A DNA stretch of 20,000 nucleotides from an uncultured virus (IMG/VR IMGVR_UViG_3300022198_000015) (lineage: Duplodnaviria > Heunggongvirae > Uroviricota > Caudoviricetes), in IMG/VR virus record IMGVR_UViG_3300022198_000015, one strand, 5' to 3'. The translations under genes were made by a program, and so were the position numbers. The notes under the pieces were generated by a model. It was given only the letters and a program-made list of their open reading frames with translations. It ran no database searches and was not told where the DNA came from. How positions within the stretch are numbered: the first letter of the stretch is position 1; each line of letters opens with the position of its first letter. Of this stretch, positions 1-7,021 are shown piece after piece.

Positions 1-2
1 AT

Positions 3-209
3 TGCCGTATCACCGCCGGCAACAACCATGAACAAGCAACCAACTGCTACTTTGTAGGCCTGCCTATTATGGGCATTGGCGTAGCCGGACGTAGCGGCTA
101 TAAAGTGGGCTTTGACACCTATAACCCAGCACTGAAGCGTCCTGAAGAAGAGATTCTAGCCGCTCCTCCTACAACCCGTCGCACTCGTAGTTCTACTAAA
201 AAGGCTTGA
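3..209 (+). CDS. Hypothetical protein, 5'-truncated at the window edge (possible small membrane protein)
   Basis: Frame 3 is open from the edge to TGA 207-209 (CRITAGNNHEQATNCYFVGLPIMGIGVAGRSGYKVGFDTYNPALKR...). It ends 1 nt before the next ATG. Not in the ORF track. Confidence 0.7.
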   Translation, partial: CRITAGNNHEQATNCYFVGLPIMGIGVAGRSGYKVGFDTYNPALKRPEEEILAAPPTTRRTRSSTKKA

Positions 210-210
210 T

Positions 211-513
211 ATGAAAATCTCTTTATTCCTAGAGCTGACTTATGCTTTTGCTATTCTTGGTCTAACTGAAGCAGTAATTAAACCAATAGCCAAAAAGTTT
301 ATTCAAGCAAAGATCCTTAAATATGCCCCCATGGTATTTGATGCCTTAGACCCTGTAATGCCTGGATTAATTGCAAAATACGATAGCAAAGAATTAGAAG
401 TTATTATCCGCGAAGAGTTTGAAGAATTGACAGGAGAAGATTGGTCTAATGTGAATTTAAATACTTTCTGGCAATTGTATGATCCTCGTAAAAATGCCGA
501 CAAGTGCAAATGA
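211..513 (+). CDS. Hypothetical protein with an N-terminal hydrophobic helix
   Basis: 100 aa, tightly coupled to the upstream ORF. Hydrophobic stretch LFLELTYAFAILGLTEAVI. Confidence 0.75.
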   Translation: MKISLFLELTYAFAILGLTEAVIKPIAKKFIQAKILKYAPMVFDALDPVMPGLIAKYDSKELEVIIREEFEELTGEDWSNVNLNTFWQLYDPRKNADKCK

Positions 514-717
514 TCATCCCAAACTATTGACGTAATCAATTAAACCTTGTTTGCGTATATATGCTCCGCAACACCACCCCAAAGGTTTAACATAATAGCA
601 AGGTTCCCCTGTATTAGGATTTACATGCTGAGTCGGGGGCAGAGCTATTCCAGTAGACTGAAGCCGCTCCCCAGTCCACATATACCCAGGCAAAAAATCT
701 AGTATAACTTGAGACAC
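514..717 (-). CDS. Hypothetical protein
   Basis: 67 aa, GTG start. Its stop abuts the stop of 211..513 (TGATCA). A promoter-like motif copy lies at 739-747, 22 nt upstream. Confidence 0.65.
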   Translation of the reverse strand: MSQVILDFLPGYMWTGERLQSTGIALPPTQHVNPNTGEPCYYVKPLGWCCGAYIRKQGLIDYVNSLG

Positions 718-738
718 ATTTTTGGATCGTCTGCTTTA

Positions 739-763
739 TAATATGCCTAAATTTGGTAAACTG
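739..763. promoter_or_regulatory. Back-to-back divergent copies of the phage promoter-like motif
   Basis: GGCATATTA on the minus strand (739-747) and GGTAAACTG on the plus strand (755-763). Each is 22 nt from a start codon (717 and 785). Confidence 0.7.
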
Positions 764-784
764 TATTAGGTACATGGTGTAACG

Positions 785-1171
785 ATGCGACAGGTACTGT
801 ACCATCTAGTTATGATATTTGGTGCAAAAATTCTTAAGCTTATAAGCGCAATAAATGTCCTAGTAGCCCAAGCCACTCAAAATCTTGCTAAATTTTTATC
901 CAAAGAACAAGCAGAGTATTACGAAGTCTTACTACCCCAATTACAAACCTTAAATGAGTTTCAGATAATTCAAGCTAGTCTGCAAACTAGAGATGCTGCT
1001 CTAGATCAAGAAGAATGGACTGAAGAACAGTATGAATATCTTAGCCATCTAATGAGCAGCTTACATGACATTCATGGTTGGACAAAAGAAGACGTGGATA
1101 CCCACATGGAAATGTTAGTAACTTCCGGACCCGAAGGCTATGAATATGAACCCTCTGAGGATGACGAATGA
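785..1171 (+). CDS. Hypothetical protein (hydrophobic N-terminus, acidic C-terminus)
   Basis: 128 aa, motif 22 nt upstream, ATGA overlap with the next ORF. Confidence 0.75.
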   Translation: MRQVLYHLVMIFGAKILKLISAINVLVAQATQNLAKFLSKEQAEYYEVLLPQLQTLNEFQIIQASLQTRDAALDQEEWTEEQYEYLSHLMSSLHDIHGWTKEDVDTHMEMLVTSGPEGYEYEPSEDDE

Positions 1172-1308
1172 CTAAAAAGAAAACTCAGACTATCCAAATC
1201 TATAGCCAAGGTGTTACTACCAGTCATGTATTACCCTTGGATATAGTGGATCAAGCCATTCGTAAGTTTTATAAACAAGGGTATATTTGTTGGAAAGTGC
1301 CTAATTAA
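1168..1308 (+). CDS. Small hypothetical protein (46 aa)
   Basis: ATGA-coupled to the previous stop. Reads MTKKKTQTIQIYSQGVTTSHVLPLDIVDQAIRKFYKQGYICWKVPN* and fills the gap to the endolysin. Below the ORF-track cut-off. Confidence 0.6.
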   Translation: MTKKKTQTIQIYSQGVTTSHVLPLDIVDQAIRKFYKQGYICWKVPN

Positions 1309-1331
1309 GTTTTTCCAAAAAATCGTTAAAA

Positions 1332-2444
1332 CTAGATTACAGATACGTACCAGCCGTCAGAGCTAGAATGTATTAACCAGCGTTTTAATAAGTTTTGTCG
1401 AGTATACCTTACAGCCTTACCATCAGTGCTACCACGCTTAGGATAACCACCGTTAATAAGATCTAATTCACCATAAGGGTCATGAACCCAGAAGTGTGTC
1501 TGGTCGTATCCAATTAAAGTAACCCAGTGACCACCTCCAGTAGGAGAGCTGATCGGGCCTTTATGCAGAATACCGATGGGCACCGGAACCTGACGATCTA
1601 ATAATGTGATCAAATCTTTTTCGCAGCCGTCCGTATGGAACTCTGCACTAGTGAATCCTAAGGCATGCGCCGTAGAAATTTGTGCAACAGACGATACAGT
1701 ATCACCACGTTTAAATACTTCATTCAAGTACCAGTCATCATCACCTGCAATAGCCTCAGGATCTAGGTAGTCCAAAGCCATCGCCATTGCTGAGCTAAAA
1801 CACATACGCTCGCCATGTCCTTCCTTGCTATCTCGTTGATAGAAGTAAGGCACATCCAATGGGAATTTAAAAACACCGACTTTAGGGGGGCTAAACAATT
1901 CTTTGAATTTAGCGAACACTTTAGGATCGCTATTAGCCTCTAGGTAATCAAAAGCAGCATCTTGGTGAGGATAAAATTTGTAATGTTCAGCAGCCCGACG
2001 TAAAAAGCCAGGAGATGTAGCCGGGTTACTAATGGGCATTGTGTGGTACCTGTTCATCAAATCAACTAACTTCTTAGAATACCCAGGATCAGTAGCATAA
2101 CCTTCCTGCTTCAAAAGAAAAGCGCACTCTTCCCGAGTTTTAGCACGGTTAACTCCTTCGTAACCTTTGTAATTTTTATACCATTTATTGACTAAATCTA
2201 TGACACAATCCTCTGCATTATAGTAATCTTTAAAAGTATCTTGAATAGTAATAAATTTACCATTTACCCATTCTTGTGTGCTAACTGTAGTACCTGGAGT
2301 TCCTTTAATACCAAAAAAATTATTTTTACCACTAGTATATGCACCGAAACCTGATTCGCATGCCCATTGCGCGGCTACACATTCAGGAAACTTAGCTCCC
2401 GCTTTTTTAGCATAGCCGTAGATCTTTTCCCAAGAAGTTTTCAT
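1332..2444 (-). CDS. Endolysin: N-terminal GH73 glucosaminidase plus C-terminal C39-like cysteine peptidase
   Basis: GH73 motifs AAQWACESGFG, NNFFGIKG and GYATDPGY. C39-like motifs LDVPYFYQRDS, RMCFSSAMAM, GGGHWVTLIGYD and VHDPYG. Start moved to ATG 2444 (MKTSW), just after the upstream stop. Confidence 0.88.
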   Translation of the reverse strand: MKTSWEKIYGYAKKAGAKFPECVAAQWACESGFGAYTSGKNNFFGIKGTPGTTVSTQEWVNGKFITIQDTFKDYYNAEDCVIDLVNKWYKNYKGYEGVNRAKTREECAFLLKQEGYATDPGYSKKLVDLMNRYHTMPISNPATSPGFLRRAAEHYKFYPHQDAAFDYLEANSDPKVFAKFKELFSPPKVGVFKFPLDVPYFYQRDSKEGHGERMCFSSAMAMALDYLDPEAIAGDDDWYLNEVFKRGDTVSSVAQISTAHALGFTSAEFHTDGCEKDLITLLDRQVPVPIGILHKGPISSPTGGGHWVTLIGYDQTHFWVHDPYGELDLINGGYPKRGSTDGKAVRYTRQNLLKRWLIHSSSDGWYVSVI

Positions 2445-2446
2445 AA

Positions 2447-3841
2447 TTACCATGTGGATAAAGGAGCGCGTTTCCAAACATTATCACTAATGCATGTATA
2501 AATATAATTTGTATCATACCGAATCTCTCCAGCAGCTCCAGGGGAGGTTGCAGTAGCCGGAGGATTATTAGTAGCTACAGAAGTGTGCTCCCAGCGATTT
2601 GTGATACTAGACCATTTAATAACATCAGCATTATGCGGGCTACTAGTTTGCACATCATGCAAATCTGCTAAGCGCGAACCAGTACTCCAACGAACCATTA
2701 AAGTGCCATTATTTTTACTAGAAATAACAGCAGCCACCGGCAACTTTAAATTAGGAGCATTTGGTTCTGTAATAGTAAAACCACCTGGCACACTTGGATT
2801 ACACCATAAAATAGAACCCTGAGGATAAATACTAGTGTCAATTTTTTTAAGCTTACCATAGCTAATAGCAAATCCATCTTCAGAGGGATTAATTGCCTCA
2901 GCTGTCACACCAAAAAACACGTAACCAGGGTATGTACCGTCAGCTACCATAGGAGCCACTTTAATTCGACCACTTGCCCCTAAAGTACCCGTAAACATTA
3001 CGGCTGTGCCTTTTGGAATAACTGAAACAGTGTCATTACGCACAAGACTAAAAGTATCCTGACCCAGGTGCATATGAACAGCCTCATCAAGGCCTAGAAC
3101 CAGAGTACTCTCATCTATCTCCCAATGTATATTCCCTTGGGCAGGATCATACTGCTCTACTTCAGTATTAAAAGTAATACTATCAAGATTGATATCACTA
3201 GGAACACCAGAACGATTATGCAAAACTTGAGGGATATAACGATTTGTCCATCCAGTACCATCAAACGTAAGTACTTGACCTTTAGTTAATTCTAGCTCAT
3301 CAAAATTAACATCCTGCAAATCTTCTAACTTGGCCTCAGTAGCCACCATATCCAGACCATCACGACCGTCACGGCCATCCCTACCATCCTTTCCAGCAGG
3401 CCCTGGAAGCCCCATAGGCCCAGGTGCTCCAGCAGGCCCCCTAGCCCCGTCAGAGCCGCTCTTAAGGCTAGTCGCGTACTTGATGGCGCTGCCGATCTCT
3501 TCCCGTTGTCGGTACAGCTGCTGGCGCTCCTCTACGGCATCAATTAACTCAGGCGTGGCAAATTGTATTATTTTTAACGTAGACTCAAACCATGTACCAC
3601 CAATCTTATCTTTTATAGCGGCTTTTAATACTTCTAAATCAGTATCCAAAACACCATACACCCTGATTGTCCAAACAGCCTCTACACCATCCAAATACGG
3701 AATCTCAGATATAAATATCGAAGACCCTAGTAAAAATTTAATATCAGCATCGCGAGTAATTTCAATATTATCAACTAATTCGCTAATTAAAATGTCTGCT
3801 TGCAGAGCTTTTTTGATCTCTTTAGCACTAGAAAAGTACAT
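2447..3841 (-). CDS. Collagen-repeat fibre/virion structural protein
   Basis: Gly-X-Y run, two L.DL.DV...GQVL.(F/W)D..W repeats, and C-terminal GEIRYDTNYIYTC...WKRAPLSTW shared with other fibre genes in this window. Confidence 0.75.
   Translation of the reverse strand: MYFSSAKEIKKALQADILISELVDNIEITRDADIKFLLGSSIFISEIPYLDGVEAVWTIRVYGVLDTDLEVLKAAIKDKIGGTWFESTLKIIQFATPELIDAVEERQQLYRQREEIGSAIKYATSLKSGSDGARGPAGAPGPMGLPGPAGKDGRDGRDGRDGLDMVATEAKLEDLQDVNFDELELTKGQVLTFDGTGWTNRYIPQVLHNRSGVPSDINLDSITFNTEVEQYDPAQGNIHWEIDESTLVLGLDEAVHMHLGQDTFSLVRNDTVSVIPKGTAVMFTGTLGASGRIKVAPMVADGTYPGYVFFGVTAEAINPSEDGFAISYGKLKKIDTSIYPQGSILWCNPSVPGGFTITEPNAPNLKLPVAAVISSKNNGTLMVRWSTGSRLADLHDVQTSSPHNADVIKWSSITNRWEHTSVATNNPPATATSPGAAGEIRYDTNYIYTCISDNVWKRAPLSTW
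3355..3456 (-). repeat. Collagen-like Gly-X-Y coding repeat
   Basis: GSDGARGPAGAPGPMGLPGPAGKDGRDGRDGRDG; 9-bp periodicity and locally GC-rich. Confidence 0.85.
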
Positions 3842-3863
3842 TACTAATAAGCAGACTAGGCCC

Positions 3864-3872
3864 TAGGATACC
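3864..3872 (-). promoter_or_regulatory. Promoter-like motif GGTATCCTA
   Basis: 23 nt upstream of ATG 3841. Confidence 0.72.
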
Positions 3873-3877
3873 AGCAA

Positions 3878-4165
3878 TCAGGCCTTAGTATCCCGACGAA
3901 TATGCTTTGGTCGGCCTTTTTTTGTGCCATTACGAGCCCTGTTTTTTCTAGGATCTTCCAGTTTAAAGCCACCATTTTTAGTATGGCTCACATCAGGACC
4001 ACCCTTGCCCATGATCCCACGACGACGACGCTCGCGTGCTAATTCAGCACGGTATTTTTTCTGATCCTTACGAGCATTACGCTTTTTATCATAAGCAAGC
4101 TTCTTACGATATGCCTCTGGATTCTTCTTGTAAAAGTCAGCGGTAGAGCGTTTCTTAGGAGCCAT
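3878..4165 (-). CDS. Small basic protein, degenerate HNH-like
   Basis: Very K/R-rich. DVSHTKNG...LEDPRKNRARNG resembles the short HNH-like proteins of cyanophages. Confidence 0.65.
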   Translation of the reverse strand: MAPKKRSTADFYKKNPEAYRKKLAYDKKRNARKDQKKYRAELARERRRRGIMGKGGPDVSHTKNGGFKLEDPRKNRARNGTKKGRPKHIRRDTKA

Positions 4166-4185
4166 GGTTCTTATTGACCTACCTT

Positions 4186-4194
4186 TAGGTTACC
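4186..4194 (-). promoter_or_regulatory. Promoter-like motif GGTAACCTA
   Basis: 21 nt upstream of ATG 4165. Confidence 0.72.
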
Positions 4195-4198
4195 ACAA

Positions 4199-4381
4199 TT
4201 ACAGTTCTGAACCATTACGGTTCTTCTGTCCTGGCTGATAACCCAAACCACTGATACCAGTTACAGGAGCATCAATACTGAGTTCGATATCTTTTTCAGG
4301 AAAAGTTGCCACTACGTCCAAATCTAGGTTGGTACCATCTTCTAAAATACGAGGCCCACTAGTGTACGTAATGTCCATCAT
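4199..4381 (-). CDS. Hypothetical protein
   Basis: 60 aa, ATGA overlap with the upstream stop. Confidence 0.7.
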   Translation of the reverse strand: MMDITYTSGPRILEDGTNLDLDVVATFPEKDIELSIDAPVTGISGLGYQPGQKNRNGSEL

Positions 4382-4734
4382 TGGAACACATCCTGAGTAC
4401 CATTTTCAATGTGCTTACACATTGCTAAGATCTCAGCTTTCGGCAAAGAATTTTTAAGATCGTAACCCTGATCTTCAGCCCACTCCAAAAGCTCTGCTTT
4501 AGTCATAGAATCAAGCTCAGTCTTAATCTCAGCATCCATTAAATCTTCAAAAGCGTCACCACCGGCAACAACAGGCTGTTCGGGAACCTTAGGAGCCGGA
4601 GGAGCGGCAACGGCCTTAGGACCTTCTTCCACGTACCCCGCATCCAAAAGCTCGCGGGCAGTTACAGTATAATAAGCAGCACGGCGATCATCGCCTTTTA
4701 CAAAATAAGTAGGAAGCTTGCTAAGATGAGCCAT
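4378..4734 (-). CDS. Protein with a C-terminal Rho-N/SAP/HeH-like helical motif (head-module accessory)
   Basis: ELDSMTKAELLEWAEDQGYDLKNSLPKAEIL after a Pro/Ala linker. Confidence 0.65.
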   Translation of the reverse strand: MAHLSKLPTYFVKGDDRRAAYYTVTARELLDAGYVEEGPKAVAAPPAPKVPEQPVVAGGDAFEDLMDAEIKTELDSMTKAELLEWAEDQGYDLKNSLPKAEILAMCKHIENGTQDVFQ

Positions 4735-4752
4735 TGTTACTAGACACTAATG

Positions 4753-5064
4753 TTATAGTATACCATCATCATCAGATTTTTCATACTGTCTTAACCTAGC
4801 CCTAAGTTTATTAATATCTTGGGTCTGAGCATACACATGAAAATATAATTTTTGTTCAAAACGATTTAAGGTATTAAATAAACGCTCCATTTGAATTTCA
4901 AATTCTTGCTTACTGAGATATTTCTCTGCTAATTTAATTTCTAATTGATCTGAACGATCACATGCTTTTCCTGCTAAATCAACAGCGTGCTCAGATCGAC
5001 GCCATGTAAAACCGCCCCAACCTAACATAGCAGTAATAACAAGAACAAACAAATGATCCGGCAT
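4753..5064 (-). CDS. Single-TM plus coiled-coil protein (possibly lysis-related)
   Basis: N-terminal TM LFVLVITAMLGWGGFTW, then LEIKLAEKYLSKQEF...RFEQKL. Confidence 0.6.
   Translation of the reverse strand: MPDHLFVLVITAMLGWGGFTWRRSEHAVDLAGKACDRSDQLEIKLAEKYLSKQEFEIQMERLFNTLNRFEQKLYFHVYAQTQDINKLRARLRQYEKSDDDGIL
4756..4764 (-). promoter_or_regulatory. Promoter-like motif GGTATACTA, within the last codons of the upstream gene
   Basis: 22 nt upstream of ATG 4734. Confidence 0.7.
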
Positions 5065-5084
5065 TAGAACTGCCCTATTCCATT

Positions 5085-5093
5085 TAGTTTTCC
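5085..5093 (-). promoter_or_regulatory. Promoter-like motif GGAAAACTA
   Basis: 21 nt upstream of ATG 5064, directly after a terminator U-tract. Confidence 0.68.
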
Positions 5094-5095
5094 AT

Positions 5096-5121
5096 AAAAA
5101 AAAAAGGGGCCGAAGCCCCCT
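5096..5121 (-). terminator. Rho-independent terminator
   Basis: GGGGGC-TTCG-GCCCCT followed by a long T run, downstream of 5143..5505. Confidence 0.9.
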
Positions 5122-5142
5122 TCTTTATATCTGGCGTTAAAC

Positions 5143-5505
5143 TCAGAAAACGCCTTCCACCAGATCCAGGAACACACCGCCAGCGATGGCAGCAGTGCCA
5201 CCCAGGGTGTAGTAAGCATCATTGTCATCAGCGTCGCACAGAGCGCCGCGCACATGAGCGATACCCACACCGTTGCCGTCCAGATCAGCAGCGTTGAATA
5301 CCACAGCCTGACCACCCAGGGTAACGGTAATCTTGTTGGTGCCGGCATTGTCGATACCAGAAGCGCCCACAACCACCACACGGATGGTCTTAGCAGCCGT
5401 CAGGGTGAAGGGGGCATCGGTACCAGTAGCGGTAGCCGTGATCTTGTTCGCGTCATCCAGGTCAAAACCTTCGCGAGGGAAAATACCAGTAGAACGTGCA
5501 GCCAT
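5143..5505 (-). CDS. Probable capsid cement/decoration protein
   Basis: 120 aa, Ala/Gly/Thr-rich beta-type sequence. It shares GC-rich codon usage and a GGAG-containing start region with the capsid gene and has its own terminator. The function is inferred. Confidence 0.6.
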   Translation of the reverse strand: MAARSTGIFPREGFDLDDANKITATATGTDAPFTLTAAKTIRVVVVGASGIDNAGTNKITVTLGGQAVVFNAADLDGNGVGIAHVRGALCDADDNDAYYTLGGTAAIAGGVFLDLVEGVF

Positions 5506-5533
5506 GATTAAAACTCCAGAGAGATGTGAAAGT

Positions 5534-5577
5534 AACCCGCCCCGTAGAGAAATGGCGCGGTTATATTATATATTACC
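5534..5577 (-). promoter_or_regulatory. Motif variant GGTAATATA (5569-5577) plus a 5' leader hairpin (5534-5562)
   Basis: AACC-G-CGCC...GGCG-GGTT stem starting at about the predicted transcription start. Confidence 0.55.
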
Positions 5578-5580
5578 TAT

Positions 5581-5715
5581 TCAGAAAACACCAGGAAAAA
5601 TTTGACCAGTTACAAAATACGCCCCAACGGCTGCAATAAAACCAACCATAGCAAGGCGTCCATTTAAACGCTCAGCTCGCTCATAATGAGTCTCGTGAAC
5701 ATTACGATCCGACAT
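5581..5715 (-). CDS. hli: High-light-inducible protein
   Basis: AERLNGRLAMVGF chlorophyll-binding motif and C-terminal TGQIFPGVF. Start corrected to ATG 5715 (44 aa), 22 nt after the motif. Confidence 0.95.
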   Translation of the reverse strand: MSDRNVHETHYERAERLNGRLAMVGFIAAVGAYFVTGQIFPGVF

Positions 5716-5736
5716 AATAACACATAAAAGGTGTCT

Positions 5737-5745
5737 TAGTGTTCC
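5737..5745 (-). promoter_or_regulatory. Promoter-like motif GGAACACTA
   Basis: Between the psbA terminator and the hli start. Confidence 0.7.
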
Positions 5746-5748
5746 AAT

Positions 5749-5774
5749 AAAAAACCACCCCATATAGGGGTGGT
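5749..5774 (-). terminator. Rho-independent terminator after psbA
   Basis: ACCACCCC-TATAT-GGGGTGGT followed by TTTTT. Confidence 0.88.
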
Positions 5775-5796
5775 AGCACTCAAATTGTGAGTATAT

Positions 5797-6876
5797 TCAA
5801 CCAATAACCGGAGCTTTTAAAGCCACGGGAGTAAATTCCGTAGCTGCAAGGTCCAGAGGGAAATTATGAGCATTGCGCTCGTGCATCACCTCAAAACCTA
5901 AATTAGCCCGATTCAGCACATCTGCCCAGGTATTAATTACATTATTTTGAGTATCCAGCAGAGACTGATTAAAATTAAATCCATTTAAATTAAACGCCAT
6001 AGTAGATACGCCAAGAGCAGCGAACCAAATACCCACAACAGGCCATGCTGCAAGGAAAAAGTGGAGACTACGAGAATTGTTAAAGCTAGCGTATTGAAAA
6101 ATAAGACGACCAAAGTAACCATGAGCAGCTACAATATTATAGGTTTCCTCTTCTTGGCCGAATTTATATCCATAATTTTGGCTAATAATTTCAGTAGTTT
6201 CACGCACCAGGCTGGAGGTCACCAGCGAACCGTGCATGGCGGAGAACAGGCTGCCGCCGAACACACCGGCCACACCCAGCATGTGGAAGGGGTGCATCAG
6301 AATGTTGTGCTCAGCCTGGAACACCAGCATGTAGTTGAAGGTGCCGCTGATACCCAGAGGCATACCATCAGAAAAAGAACCTTGACCAAAAGGATAAACA
6401 AGGAATACTGCAGTTGCCGCAGCCACAGGAGCCGAATACGCGACGCAGATCCAAGGCCGCATCCCTAATCGATAGCTAAGTTCCCATTCGCGTCCCATGT
6501 AAGAGAAGACGCCAATAAGGAAGTGGAAGACGACCAATTGGTACGGGCCCCCGTTATAGAGCCATTCGTCAAGGCTATTAGCTTCCCAAATTGGATAGAA
6601 ATGTAGTCCGATTGCGTTACTGGAGGGGACAACTGCTCCAGAGATGAGATTGTTTCCATAAAGCAATGCACCGGCAACAGGTTCACGGATACCGTCAATA
6701 TCGACGGGAGGAGCAGCCACAAAGGCGACAATGAAGCAAATGGTGGCAGCCAGCAGGGTGGGGATCATCAGCACACCGAACCATCCCACATACAGGCGGT
6801 TGTTGGTGGAAGTCACCCATTGACAAAACTGTTCCCAAATAGAAAAACTAGGACGTGTTGCAATAGTAGCAGTCAT
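5797..6876 (-). CDS. psbA: Photosystem II D1 protein
   Basis: Full-length 359 aa with [35 protein letters not shown] and [13 protein letters not shown]. No intron. Confidence 0.99.
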   Translation of the reverse strand: MTATIATRPSFSIWEQFCQWVTSTNNRLYVGWFGVLMIPTLLAATICFIVAFVAAPPVDIDGIREPVAGALLYGNNLISGAVVPSSNAIGLHFYPIWEANSLDEWLYNGGPYQLVVFHFLIGVFSYMGREWELSYRLGMRPWICVAYSAPVAAATAVFLVYPFGQGSFSDGMPLGISGTFNYMLVFQAEHNILMHPFHMLGVAGVFGGSLFSAMHGSLVTSSLVRETTEIISQNYGYKFGQEEETYNIVAAHGYFGRLIFQYASFNNSRSLHFFLAAWPVVGIWFAALGVSTMAFNLNGFNFNQSLLDTQNNVINTWADVLNRANLGFEVMHERNAHNFPLDLAATEFTPVALKAPVIG

Positions 6877-6889
6877 ATAACAAATGAAG

Positions 6890-6991
6890 GTAATTAAACC
6901 AGTAGGGAGCTGGTAGTTTAATATTCCCGCACTACCCTCAAGCGCGATATAAGGGGCGTATTTTACTTCCTAAAAGCCCCGGTTAAGGAAG
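6890..6991 (-). ncRNA. Structured psbA leader, PhotoRC-II-type RNA motif
   Basis: Three stems: CUUCCU/AGGAAG, CGCGCU/AGUGCG and ACCAG/CUGGU. Two loop pairings: GGGGC:GCCCC and AGGG:CCCU. The layout matches cyanophage psbA leaders as I recall them. Confidence 0.78.
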
Positions 6992-6997
6992 ATAATA

Positions 6998-7006
6998 CAG
7001 TTTACC
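6998..7006 (-). promoter_or_regulatory. Promoter-like motif GGTAAACTG upstream of the psbA leader
   Basis: TTGGTAAACTGTATTA (6993-7008, minus) is identical to 753-768 (plus). Confidence 0.75.
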
Positions 7007-7021
7007 AATTAATAAAGTAAC

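Noticed and set aside
614..805. 63-aa minus-strand ORF (and 303..539)
   Set aside because: They overlap better-supported genes, and 614..805 also crosses the divergent promoter pair.
1309..1331. Bidirectional terminator or motif copy between the converging genes
   Set aside because: Only a weak A/T-paired stem is present, and GGAAAAACTT does not fit the motif spacing.
5064..5381. 105-aa Trp-rich alternative-frame ORF overlapping the cement-like gene
   Set aside because: It runs through the terminator and promoter, and its composition is typical of an off-frame read of a GC-rich gene.
5716..5763. Longer hli start given by the ORF track
   Set aside because: That ATG lies inside the psbA terminator hairpin. 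ATG 5715 fits normal Hli length and the motif spacing.
5797..6876. Group I intron or homing endonuclease in psbA; a psbD partner
   Set aside because: The ORF is continuous and of normal length. No psbD is in the window, and the HNH-like gene at 3878 is short and not adjacent.
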